32,000 bases of DNA from Mycolicibacterium smegmatis. GTDB taxonomy: Bacteria; Actinomycetota; Actinomycetes; Mycobacteriales; Mycobacteriaceae. Shown here piece after piece: positions 8,245-16,857 of this stretch. The stretch spans positions 4,740,001 through 4,772,000 of the forward strand of contig NZ_LN831039.1 in assembly GCF_001457595.1 (NCBI RefSeq). The letters are read 5' to 3'. The first letter of the stretch is position 1. Each line of letters begins with the position of its first letter. Made by a program: the position numbers and the translations under genes. Below the pieces are notes generated by a model. The model made no database searches. It saw only the letters and a program-made list of their open reading frames with translations, and had not been told where the DNA came from.

Positions 8245-9222
8245 GTGACGAACTCTCCCACACCGCAACTCGATGTCCTCGCGATCGGCCGCTGCGGCGT
8301 CGACGTGTACCCGCTGCAGATCGGGGTCGGGCTCGAAGAAGTGGAATCCTTCGGCAAATTCCTCGGCGGCAGCGCCGCCAACGTCACCGTCGCGGCCGCA
8401 CGACTGGGCAACAGCGCCGGACTCATCTCGGGCGTCGGGGACGACCCGTTCGGACGCTACGTGCGCAACGAACTCGCCAGGCTGGGCGTCGACAACCGCT
8501 TCGTCGCCACCTACGGCGAGTACCCGACGCCCGTGACGTTCTGCGAGATCTTCCCGCCGGACAACTTCCCGCTGTACTTCTACCGCAAGCCCTCGGCGCC
8601 CGATCTGCAGATCCGCGCCGAGCAGATCGACGCCGACGCGGTGCGCGACGCGCGGCTGTACTGGTCGACGGTCACCGGGCTGTGCGAGGAACCCAGCCGC
8701 AGCGCACATTTCGCGGCATGGGAGGCGCGGCAGCGGGCCCCGCTGACCGTCCTGGACCTCGACTACCGGCCCATGTTCTGGGAGTCTCCCGCCGCGGCCA
8801 CCGAGGTGGTGCAGCGCGCGCTGCAGCACGTGACCATCGCCGTCGGCAACCGCGAGGAGTGCGAGATCGCCGTCGGCGAGACCAACCCGCACCGGGCCGC
8901 CGAGGCACTGCTCGACCTCGGTGTGGAACTGGCGATCGTCAAGCAGGGGCCGCGCGGCGTGCTGGGCAAGACCCGGCACAGCTCGGTCACCGTGCCGCCC
9001 AACGAGGTCGACGTCGTCAACGGCCTGGGGGCCGGAGACGCCTTCGGGGGCAGCCTGACCCACGGGCTGCTGCACGACTGGCCGCTGGAGAAGACGCTGC
9101 GCTACGCCAACGCCGCAGGCGCCATCGTCGCCTCGCGCCTGGAATGCTCCACCGCGATGCCCACGGCGGCCGAGGTCGCCGCGCTCGCCGAACAAACCGC
9201 CTCGGAGGCTGTCAATGTCTAG
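8245..9222 (+). CDS. iolC: 5-dehydro-2-deoxygluconokinase (PfkB/ribokinase family)
   Basis: LDVLAIGRCGVDVYPLQIG...FGKFLGGSAANVTVAAARLG and C-terminal VVNGLGAGDAFGG fit the PfkB signatures. GTG 8245 has a GGAG 6 nt upstream. The in-frame ATG 8161 would lie upstream of the putative promoter. Confidence 0.85.
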   Translation: MTNSPTPQLDVLAIGRCGVDVYPLQIGVGLEEVESFGKFLGGSAANVTVAAARLGNSAGLISGVGDDPFGRYVRNELARLGVDNRFVATYGEYPTPVTFCEIFPPDNFPLYFYRKPSAPDLQIRAEQIDADAVRDARLYWSTVTGLCEEPSRSAHFAAWEARQRAPLTVLDLDYRPMFWESPAAATEVVQRALQHVTIAVGNREECEIAVGETNPHRAAEALLDLGVELAIVKQGPRGVLGKTRHSSVTVPPNEVDVVNGLGAGDAFGGSLTHGLLHDWPLEKTLRYANAAGAIVASRLECSTAMPTAAEVAALAEQTASEAVNV

Positions 9223-10099
9223 ACCCGCTGTCTGCTCCGGCCACAGCGCCATCACCGACCTCAGGGCATCCGAACCCGGCATGATCGCCGCGGCGTGGCA
9301 GCGCCGCACCACCCGGCCGACCGTCCGCGGCGACGGCAGGCTCATGATCGTCGCGGCCGACCATCCCGCGCGCGGCGCACTGGCCGTCGGATCGCGGCCC
9401 ACCGCGATGAACAGCCGCACCGACCTGCTCGACCGCCTGTGCACCGCGCTGGCCGATCCCGGCGTCGACGGTGTGCTGGCCACCGCCGACATCCTCGACG
9501 ACCTCCTGCTGCTCGGCGCGCTGGAAGACAAGGTGGTGTTCTCGTCGTTCAACCGCGGCGGGCTCTCCGGTTCGGTCTTCGAGATGGACGACCGCATGAC
9601 AGGCGCCACCGCGGCGTCGACCGCCGCCGCCCGGATGAACGGCGGAAAGATGTTGTGCCGCATCGACCTCGACGATCCCGGAACGGTCGCGACGCTGGCG
9701 TCGTGCGCCCAGGCCGTCGACGCGCTGGCGTCTCACGGCCTGGTCGCCATGCTGGAGCCGTTCCTGTCGCGCCGGGTCGACGGCAAGGTCCGCAACGACC
9801 TGACCCCGGACGCCGTGATCAAGTCGGTCCACATCAGCCAGGCGCTGGGTTCGACGTCGGCCTACACGTGGCTCAAGCTGCCGGTCGTCGACGAGATGGA
9901 GCGCGTGATGGACGCGACGACCATGCCGACACTGCTGCTCGGCGGCGACCCGACAGATCCCGACGAGGCGTTCGCGTCCTGGGAGAAAGCCCTGGCGCTG
10001 CCCTCGGTACGCGGTCTCATCGCGGGCCGCAGCCTCCTGTACCCGGCCGACGACGACGTGCGCTCGGCCATCTCGACCGCAGTGAAGTTGGTGCACTGA
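9215..10099 (+). CDS. Class I aldolase-like (beta/alpha)8 protein (DeoC/LacD/Cgl0159-type); probable 5-dehydro-2-deoxyphosphogluconate aldolase (IolJ functional analogue)
   Basis: 294 aa with the pattern ...GRLMIVAADHPARG...GVDGVLATADILDDLLLLG...KMLCRID.... It sits between iolC and iolB and its start overlaps the iolC stop by 8 nt. Confidence 0.65.
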   Translation: MSRPAVCSGHSAITDLRASEPGMIAAAWQRRTTRPTVRGDGRLMIVAADHPARGALAVGSRPTAMNSRTDLLDRLCTALADPGVDGVLATADILDDLLLLGALEDKVVFSSFNRGGLSGSVFEMDDRMTGATAASTAAARMNGGKMLCRIDLDDPGTVATLASCAQAVDALASHGLVAMLEPFLSRRVDGKVRNDLTPDAVIKSVHISQALGSTSAYTWLKLPVVDEMERVMDATTMPTLLLGGDPTDPDEAFASWEKALALPSVRGLIAGRSLLYPADDDVRSAISTAVKLVH

Positions 10100-10100
10100 C

Positions 10101-10976
10101 ATGCATTCGAAGCTGTACATCCCGGCCCGCAGTGCAGCGGCGCCGTACACCGTCGACATCACCCCGGAATCCGCGGGCTGGGCCGAATCCTCGCTGCAGG
10201 TCGTCGACCTCGGCGACTCCGGTTCGGTGTCGCGGTCCACGGGCGACACCGAGGTGATGATCCTGCCGCTGGCCGGCGGCGCCCAGATCGAATGCGCCGG
10301 TGAGACCTTCGAGCTCGCCGGCCGCGCATCGGTTTTCCACGGCCCGGCCGACATGGTCTATCTGGGCATCGGTCAGGACTACACCATCACCGGTCACGGC
10401 CGCATCGCGATCTGCGGCGCACGCGCGACACGCAGTTTCCCGAACCGGCGGCGCGCCGCATCGGAGGTTCCCGTGGAGTTGCGCGGCGCGGGCAACTGCA
10501 GCCGCCAGGTGCACAACTTCGGCACCGCGACCACGTTCGAGGCCGACTCGCTGATCGCGTGCGAGGTCATCACACCGGGCGGCAACTGGTCCAGCTACCC
10601 GGCCCACAAGCACGACGAGAACACCGAGGTCGAAACGCAGCTGGAGGAGATCTACTACTTCGAGATCGACGACAGCCCGGCCGGCACACCGGGTTTCGGG
10701 TACCACCGGGTGTACGGCACACCGGAGCGGCCGATCGAGGTGCTCGAGGAGGTGCGCTCCGGTGACGTGGTGCTGGTGCCGCACGGATACCACGGACCGT
10801 CGATCGCGGCTCCCGGACACCACATGTACTACCTCAACGTGATGGCAGGCTCCGGTCCCGACCGTGCCTGGCTGATCTGCGACGACCCGAACCACACCTG
10901 GCTGCGCGGCAGCTGGGAACACCAGGAAGTAGACCCCCGGCTGCCGTTCGGCACCGCATCACGCGAAGGAGCCTGA
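10101..10976 (+). CDS. iolB: 5-deoxy-glucuronate isomerase
   Basis: 291 aa cupin-type protein. ...GNWSSYPAHKHDE......EEIYYFE... and ...VPHGYHGP..A.PGHHMYYLNVMAG fit the KduI/IolB family. Confidence 0.88.
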   Translation: MHSKLYIPARSAAAPYTVDITPESAGWAESSLQVVDLGDSGSVSRSTGDTEVMILPLAGGAQIECAGETFELAGRASVFHGPADMVYLGIGQDYTITGHGRIAICGARATRSFPNRRRAASEVPVELRGAGNCSRQVHNFGTATTFEADSLIACEVITPGGNWSSYPAHKHDENTEVETQLEEIYYFEIDDSPAGTPGFGYHRVYGTPERPIEVLEEVRSGDVVLVPHGYHGPSIAAPGHHMYYLNVMAGSGPDRAWLICDDPNHTWLRGSWEHQEVDPRLPFGTASREGA

Positions 10977-10980
10977 ACCC

Positions 10981-12930
10981 GTGGTATCCACCGCACCCAA
11001 GTCGGCCGAGAAACTGGTCGACACCGAGGACACCGTCCGACTCACCGTGGCGCAGGCCACCGTCCGCTTCCTGGCCAACCAGTACGTGGAGCGCGACGGG
11101 CAACGGAACAAGTTCTTCGCAGGCTGCTTCGGCATCTTCGGTCACGGCAACGTCGCAGGCCTGGGCCAGGCACTGCTCGAGGACGAGGTCGCGGCCGCGG
11201 AGGCCGGCCGCGAACCGGGACTGAAGTACGTGCTGAGCCGCAACGAGCAGGCCATGGTGCACAGCGCCGTCGCCTACGCCCGGCAGCAGGACCGTCTGCA
11301 GGCGTGGGCCGTGACCGCGAGCATCGGCCCCGGTTCCACCAACATGCTCACCGGCGCCGCGCTCGCCACGATCAACCGGCTACCCGTATTGCTGCTTCCC
11401 GCAGACACGTTCGCGACGCGGGTGAGCTCCCCGGTGCTGCAGGAGCTGGAACTGCCGTCGTCGGGCGACGTGACGGTCAACGACGCGTTCAAGCCGCTGT
11501 CCCGCTTCTTCGACCGGGTGTGGCGGCCCGAGCAGTTGCCCGCCGCGCTGCTGGGTGCCATGCGCGTGCTCACCGACCCGGTGGAGACCGGCACCGCGAC
11601 CATCGCCATCCCGCAGGACGTGCAGGCCGAGGCGCACGACTGGCCGGTGTCGCTGTTCACCGAGCGCACCTGGCACGTGGCCCGCCCGGTGCCCGAGCGT
11701 TCGGTGATCGCACGGGCCGCCGAGATCATCGCATCGGCCCGCAAGCCGCTGATCATCGCAGGCGGTGGCGTGCACTACTCCGGCGCCGAAGAGGTTCTGG
11801 CAGCGCTGGCGTCCGCCACGGGCATCCCGGTGTCGGAGACCCAGGCGGGCAAGGGATCACTGCGTTACGACCATCCACAATCGGTCGGCGCGGTCGGCTC
11901 GACCGGCACCACCGCGGCCAACGCGCTCGCGTCGGAGGCCGACGTGGTGATCGGGATCGGGACGCGCTACAGCGATTTCACGTCGGCGTCGCGCACCGCG
12001 TTCAACAACCCCGACGTGCGGTTCGTCAACGTCAACGTGGCGTCGTTCGACGCGGTCAAACAGGGCGGCCTCAGTGTCGTCGCCGACGCGCGCGAGGCCA
12101 TCGAGGCACTGACCGCTGCGCTGCAGGACTATTCCGTGAGCGACGAATACCGCACCCGCACAGCCGAACTCGCGGCCGAGTGGGAGGACACCGTGTCCGC
12201 CGCGTATGCGGTCGACGACGCCGCTCCGCTGAACCAGAACCAGGTGATCGGCCTGGTGAACACGCTGTCGGAGCCGCGCGACGTCGTGGTGTGCGCGGCC
12301 GGTTCGATGCCGGGTGACCTGCACAAGATGTGGCGGACCCGCGACCGCAAGGGTTACCACGTCGAGTACGGGTACTCCTGCATGGGCTACGAGATCGCCG
12401 GTGGCATCGGCGTGCGCATGGCCTCCCCCGACCGCGACGTGTTCGTGATGGTCGGCGACGGCTCGTACCTGATGATGGCGACCGAACTCGTCACGGCCGT
12501 GCAGGAGGGCGTCAAGATCATCCCGGTCATCGTGCAGAACCACGGGTTCGCGTCCATCGGCGGCCTCTCGGAGTCGGTGGGTTCGCAGCGGTTCGGTACG
12601 GCGTACCGCTACCGCACCGGCGACGGCCGCCTCGACGGCGACAGGCTCCCGGTGGATCTGGCGGCCAACGCGGCGAGCCTCGGCGCCGACGTCATCCGCG
12701 TGACCACCGCGGCAGAGTTCACCGACGCCGTCAAGGTGGCCAAGGCCGCCGAACGGACCACCGTCATCCACGTCGAGACCGATCCGTTGATCTACGCACC
12801 CGACAGCCACTCGTGGTGGGACGTCCCGGTGTCGCAGGTCTCGGCACTGGAGTCCACCCGTGCCGCCTACGAGCGGTACGCGGAGTGGAAAAAGGTGCAA
12901 CGTCCCCTGATCAACCCTTCGGATAGCTGA
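10981..12930 (+). CDS. iolD: 3D-(3,5/4)-trihydroxycyclohexane-1,2-dione acylhydrolase (ThDP-dependent)
   Basis: 649 aa with the three-domain ThDP enzyme layout. The ThDP-binding motif is GDGSYLMM...N. The N-terminus RLTVAQATVRFLANQYVERDG is typical of IolD. It has a GTG start. Confidence 0.9.
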   Translation: MVSTAPKSAEKLVDTEDTVRLTVAQATVRFLANQYVERDGQRNKFFAGCFGIFGHGNVAGLGQALLEDEVAAAEAGREPGLKYVLSRNEQAMVHSAVAYARQQDRLQAWAVTASIGPGSTNMLTGAALATINRLPVLLLPADTFATRVSSPVLQELELPSSGDVTVNDAFKPLSRFFDRVWRPEQLPAALLGAMRVLTDPVETGTATIAIPQDVQAEAHDWPVSLFTERTWHVARPVPERSVIARAAEIIASARKPLIIAGGGVHYSGAEEVLAALASATGIPVSETQAGKGSLRYDHPQSVGAVGSTGTTAANALASEADVVIGIGTRYSDFTSASRTAFNNPDVRFVNVNVASFDAVKQGGLSVVADAREAIEALTAALQDYSVSDEYRTRTAELAAEWEDTVSAAYAVDDAAPLNQNQVIGLVNTLSEPRDVVVCAAGSMPGDLHKMWRTRDRKGYHVEYGYSCMGYEIAGGIGVRMASPDRDVFVMVGDGSYLMMATELVTAVQEGVKIIPVIVQNHGFASIGGLSESVGSQRFGTAYRYRTGDGRLDGDRLPVDLAANAASLGADVIRVTTAAEFTDAVKVAKAAERTTVIHVETDPLIYAPDSHSWWDVPVSQVSALESTRAAYERYAEWKKVQRPLINPSDS

Positions 12931-12939
12931 GGACCGCCG

Positions 12940-13860
12940 GTGAGCAGAATTCTCGTCGGTTCGGCACCCGACTCCTGGGGCGTGTGGTTTCCCGACGATC
13001 CACAGCAGACGCCCTACACCCGCTTCCTCGACGAAGTTGCCTCAGCGGGCTACCGGTGGATCGAGCTGGGCCCCTACGGGTACCTGCCGACCGATCCGGA
13101 CAAGCTCGCGGACGAACTGGCCCAGCGTGACCTGTCGCTCTCGGCGGGAACGGTTTTCGAGCACCTGTACCAGTCCGCGACCCGCGGGGACGACGCCTGG
13201 AACTCGGTGTGGACCCAGATCGAGGACGTCGCCAGGCTGACCGCCGCGGTGGGCGGCAAGCACGTCGTCGTCATCCCGGAGATGTGGCGCGACCCCGCGA
13301 CCGGTGCGGTGCTCGAAGACCGCAACCTCACCGCCGAGCAGTGGCGCCAGAAGACCCAGGGCATGAACGAACTGGGCAGGGCCATGTTCGAGAAGTACGG
13401 CGTGCGTGCGCAATACCACCCGCACGCCGACAGCCATGTGGACACCGAGGAGAACGTCTACCGGTTCCTCGACGGCACCGACGGCGAGTTCGTCAATCTG
13501 TGTCTTGACACCGGCCACATCAGCTACTGCGGCGGCGACAACATCGCGATCATCCGGCACGCTCCCGAGCGCATCGGCTACCTGCACCTCAAGCAGGTCG
13601 ACCCCGAGGTCCGCGCCAAGGTCGAGGCCGAGGACCTGCCGTTCGGGGAAGCCGTCAAGCTCGGCGCGATGACCGAACCGCCGCGCGGTATCCCCGACAT
13701 GCCACCGTTGCTCGCCGAGATCGAAAAGCTCGGTGTCGACGTGTTCGCGATCGTCGAGCAGGACATGTATCCGTGTGACCCCGACTCACCGCTGCCCATC
13801 GCGCAGCGCACGCGTTCCTACCTCGGATCCTGCGGGGTGCCCGCGGTCCGGTTCACCTAG
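12940..13860 (+). CDS. iolE: Myo-inosose-2 dehydratase-like TIM-barrel protein
   Basis: 306 aa xylose-isomerase-like barrel (GSAPDSWGVWF, YRWIELGPYGYLP, HPHADSHV, CLDTGH, VEQD). The GTG start is preceded by GAGGA. It follows iolD. Confidence 0.78.
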   Translation: MSRILVGSAPDSWGVWFPDDPQQTPYTRFLDEVASAGYRWIELGPYGYLPTDPDKLADELAQRDLSLSAGTVFEHLYQSATRGDDAWNSVWTQIEDVARLTAAVGGKHVVVIPEMWRDPATGAVLEDRNLTAEQWRQKTQGMNELGRAMFEKYGVRAQYHPHADSHVDTEENVYRFLDGTDGEFVNLCLDTGHISYCGGDNIAIIRHAPERIGYLHLKQVDPEVRAKVEAEDLPFGEAVKLGAMTEPPRGIPDMPPLLAEIEKLGVDVFAIVEQDMYPCDPDSPLPIAQRTRSYLGSCGVPAVRFT

Positions 13861-13883
13861 CCGAAACCAGTCCAGGAGTGGAG

Positions 13884-14921
13884 ATGTCAGATCTTCGTGT
13901 CGCAGTGCTCGGCGTCGGCGTCATGGGCGCCGACCACGTCGAGCGGCTGTCCACCCGCATCGCCGGCGTGAAGGTCGCCGTGGTCAACGACTTCATCGAG
14001 GCCCGCGCCGAGGAGGTCGCGGCCGGTGTGCCCGGATGCCGCGTGGTGTCAGATCCGTTGGAGGCCATCGCGGATCCCGATGTCGACGCGGTGGTGCTGG
14101 CAACGCCGGGACCGACGCACGACAAGCAGTTGCTGGCGTGCCTGGAACACCGCAAGCCCGTGCTGTGTGAGAAACCGCTGACCACCGACGTGGATTCGGC
14201 GCTCGATGTGGTGCGCCGCGAGGCCGAACTGGGTGTCCGGTTGATCCAGGTCGGCTTCATGCGCCGGTTCGATCCCGAGTACGCCGAACTGAAGACGCTG
14301 ATCGGCGCGGGCGAGTTCGGCCAACCGCTGGTGCTGCACTGCGTGCACCGCAACGCGGCCGTGCCGCCCAGTTTCGACAGCACGATGATCGTCAAGGACT
14401 CGCTGGTGCACGAGGTCGACGTCACCCGGTTCCTGTTCGACGAGGAGATCGCGTCGGTCCACATCCTGCGTCCCACACCGAATCCCGGTGCACCCGAGGG
14501 GATCCGGGATCCCCAGATCGCGATCATGAAGACACCCTCGGGCAAGCATGTCGACGTCGAACTGTTCGTCACCACCGGTGTGGGCTACGAGGTACGCACC
14601 GAACTGGTGGCCGAAAAAGGCACCGCCATGATCGGTCTGGAGGTCGGCCTGATCCGCAAGGGCGTGTCCGGCACGTGGGGCGGCGCGATCGCACCCGATT
14701 TCCGGGTACGTTTCGGCACGGCCTACGACATCGAGTTCCAGCGATGGGTGGCCGCGGTGCGCCACGGCATCGCCACCGGTTCGGACGATTACACCGACGG
14801 CCCGACGGCCTGGGACGGCTACGCCGCGGCGGCGGTGTGCGCCGCGGGTGTGGAATCGCTCGCCAGTGGCCGACCGGTCGAGGTGAAGATGGTCGAGCGC
14901 GCGTCGATCAAGGGGGCGTGA
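13884..14921 (+). CDS. iolG: Inositol 2-dehydrogenase (Gfo/Idh/MocA family)
   Basis: Rossmann motif RVAVLGVGVMGADH and motif CEKPL. ATG 13884 has AGGAG 5 nt upstream and is preferred over GTG 13878. Confidence 0.8.
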   Translation: MSDLRVAVLGVGVMGADHVERLSTRIAGVKVAVVNDFIEARAEEVAAGVPGCRVVSDPLEAIADPDVDAVVLATPGPTHDKQLLACLEHRKPVLCEKPLTTDVDSALDVVRREAELGVRLIQVGFMRRFDPEYAELKTLIGAGEFGQPLVLHCVHRNAAVPPSFDSTMIVKDSLVHEVDVTRFLFDEEIASVHILRPTPNPGAPEGIRDPQIAIMKTPSGKHVDVELFVTTGVGYEVRTELVAEKGTAMIGLEVGLIRKGVSGTWGGAIAPDFRVRFGTAYDIEFQRWVAAVRHGIATGSDDYTDGPTAWDGYAAAAVCAAGVESLASGRPVEVKMVERASIKGA

Positions 14922-14922
14922 G

Positions 14923-15798
14923 GTGAAGGTCGCACTGGATCCCACGCCGTTCCACCACGATCACGGGTTGCTCGACCTGCCACAGGTGGTGGCCGATTGC
15001 GGCTACGAGTACCTGCAACTAACGCCGCATCGCGACTTCATCCCGTTCTTCAACCATCCGCGCGCCGACGACGCCCTGGTGACCGCGTTCGGCAAGGCCT
15101 GCGCTGACGCGGGGGTCGGCATCGCCTCGGTACTGCCGGTGCTGCGCTGGTCCAGCCCCGACCCGGACGCTCGTGAAGCTGCGGTGCGCAACTGGAAACG
15201 CGTCATCCAGATCACCGTCGACCTCGGTGTCAACGTGATCAACACCGAGTTCTCCGGGCGCCCGGAGAAGGCCGAGGAGTCCGAGCGGGCGTTCTTCCGG
15301 TCCATGGAGGAACTGCTGCCGATCTTCGAACGCGAAGGCATCGACGTGCGCATCGACCCGCACCCCGACGACTTCGTCGAGGACGGTATGGAGGCGCTGC
15401 GCATCATCCGCGGAATCAACTCCCCCAACGTCGGCATGGTGTACGTGGCGTGTCACACCTTCCACATGGGCGCCAACATGTCCGAGATCATCCGCGCCGC
15501 GGGAGACCGGCTCCGTCTGGTGCACGTCGCCGACACCATGGACCACCGCCGCTCCCACGGGCTGCGCTACATCACCAACCCGCCGGGCAGCCCCGCGAGG
15601 GTGCACCAGCACCTCAAGATCGGCGACGGCGACATCGACTGGGACGAGTTCTTCTCCGGCCTCGCCGAGATCGGCTTCTACGACCGCCCCGACACCGTCA
15701 TGGTGTCCTCGGTGTTCGCCGAGGACGAGACCGCCCACGAGGTGTCCCGCTACCAGTTGAAGACCATGAGCGAGTACGTCACCAAGTACCAGAACTGA
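14923..15798 (+). CDS. Sugar phosphate isomerase/epimerase (xylose-isomerase-like TIM barrel, IolH-like)
   Basis: 291 aa. ...GYEYLQLTPH..., ...NTEFSGRPE..., IDPHPDDFV and HVADT are consistent with AP-endonuclease-2-type barrels. The GTG start lies 1 nt after the iolG stop. Confidence 0.75.
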   Translation: MKVALDPTPFHHDHGLLDLPQVVADCGYEYLQLTPHRDFIPFFNHPRADDALVTAFGKACADAGVGIASVLPVLRWSSPDPDAREAAVRNWKRVIQITVDLGVNVINTEFSGRPEKAEESERAFFRSMEELLPIFEREGIDVRIDPHPDDFVEDGMEALRIIRGINSPNVGMVYVACHTFHMGANMSEIIRAAGDRLRLVHVADTMDHRRSHGLRYITNPPGSPARVHQHLKIGDGDIDWDEFFSGLAEIGFYDRPDTVMVSSVFAEDETAHEVSRYQLKTMSEYVTKYQN

Positions 15799-15800
15799 TT

Positions 15801-16736
15801 TCACGACCGCAGGTCGGCCCACATGCGGTCGATGCGTGTGCTCAGGTCGATGCCCTCGGCCACCTCGGCCAGTGCCGCGGCCACGATGGACGCCGGTGCC
15901 CGGTCCAGCACGATGAGCCCGATCGCCGGGCTCGGACCGTGCTGCACCATGGGCCGCGCCGCGAACCCTTCGGGGATCCCGAGTTGCGGCAGCCACGCGG
16001 TGGACGCGATCGTCGCGCGCTTCGACGAGATCAGGTGCGCATACAGCGCGTCCACCGAATCGGCCTCGACCACCGGGCGGTACTGCGCGCCCTCGGCGGC
16101 CATGTTGGCGTCCAGGATGCGCCGGTTGCGCATGGCGGTGGTCAGCATGCACAACGGGCGGCCCGCCGCGTCGGACCAGCTCACCGGGGACTCACCCATC
16201 AGCGGATCGTCGCCGGGTGCGACCAGGACGTACTGCTCGCGGTACAACTCGACCGACCGGGTGCCGGGCGGGGTCTCCTCGTCGAGGTAGGTCAGTCCGC
16301 CGTCGATCTCGAAATCCGCGAGCCGGCGCGCGATCTCACGCGACGAGAGCGCCTCGATGCGCACCGAGGCGGCCGGGTTGCGGCGCAGGAACTCGTCGGT
16401 CACGAACGGGCTGGCGGGCACCGCTGTCGGGATCGCCCCGATGCGGGCGGTGGCCGTCAACCGTCCCTGCATCCGCTCGATGTCGGCGAGCATCTCGTCG
16501 CGCTCGGCGACGATGCGCTGCGCCCATGTCACAACACGACGGCCCTCCTCGGTGAAACCCTCGAATCGTTGTCCGCGCTGCACGATCGTGATGCCCAGAT
16601 CGCGCTCGAGCCGGCGGATCGCCACCGACAGCGTCGGCTGACTCACGTGGCACCGCGCGGCGGCACGGCCGAAGTGCCGCTCGGAGGCGAGCGCGAGCAG
16701 ATAGTCGAGGTGTTGTAACATCACATCGCTTGCCAT
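15801..16736 (-). CDS. LysR family transcriptional regulator
   Basis: The HTH is LQHLDYLLALASERHFGRAAARCHVSQPTLSVAIRRLERDLG. ATG 16736 has GGAAGG 5 nt upstream. ATG 16721 is an alternative. The longest start (16772) would cover the palindromic operator. Confidence 0.85.
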   Translation of the reverse strand: MASDVMLQHLDYLLALASERHFGRAAARCHVSQPTLSVAIRRLERDLGITIVQRGQRFEGFTEEGRRVVTWAQRIVAERDEMLADIERMQGRLTATARIGAIPTAVPASPFVTDEFLRRNPAASVRIEALSSREIARRLADFEIDGGLTYLDEETPPGTRSVELYREQYVLVAPGDDPLMGESPVSWSDAAGRPLCMLTTAMRNRRILDANMAAEGAQYRPVVEADSVDALYAHLISSKRATIASTAWLPQLGIPEGFAARPMVQHGPSPAIGLIVLDRAPASIVAAALAEVAEGIDLSTRIDRMWADLRS

Positions 16737-16762
16737 GGCGCCTTCCGAAGTTCGTCGCTGTT

Positions 16763-16793
16763 TGATAGACAACGTCTATCACTGCATGTGATA
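16763..16793. promoter_or_regulatory. Two overlapping palindromes in the LysR/ydeP-like divergent region (LysR T-N11-A type box)
   Basis: TGATAGAC-AAC-GTCTATCA (16763-16781) has perfect 8-bp arms and contains ATAG-N7-CTAT. It overlaps TATCAC-TGCAT-GTGATA (16777-16793). Confidence 0.5.
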
Positions 16794-16857
16794 AGCCAAA
16801 TACGAACTCTGCCTCATCGACTGCCGGTGGACATCGCGCGCGGCTAGATTGGGCTTC

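Noticed and set aside
7311-8426. Long N-terminal extensions suggested by the ORF track for the GntR regulator (371 aa), the sugar-binding protein (to 7161), the antiporter (to 31727) and iolC (from 8161)
   Set aside because: The extensions are Pro/Ser/Arg-rich and lack the expected N-terminal features. They run across promoter and operator regions or neighbouring genes. Internal starts with Shine-Dalgarno sequences and family-typical N-termini were preferred.
8239-9663. 474-aa minus-strand ORF
   Set aside because: It is antisense to iolC and the aldolase gene, has no motifs and shows Arg/Ala/Gly-rich artefact composition.
15019-16152. 377-aa minus-strand ORF and 422-aa plus-strand ORF (15450-16718)
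   Set aside because: They overlap the IolH-like and LysR genes in alternative or antisense frames. Both are Arg/Gly/His/Pro-rich with no domain signatures.
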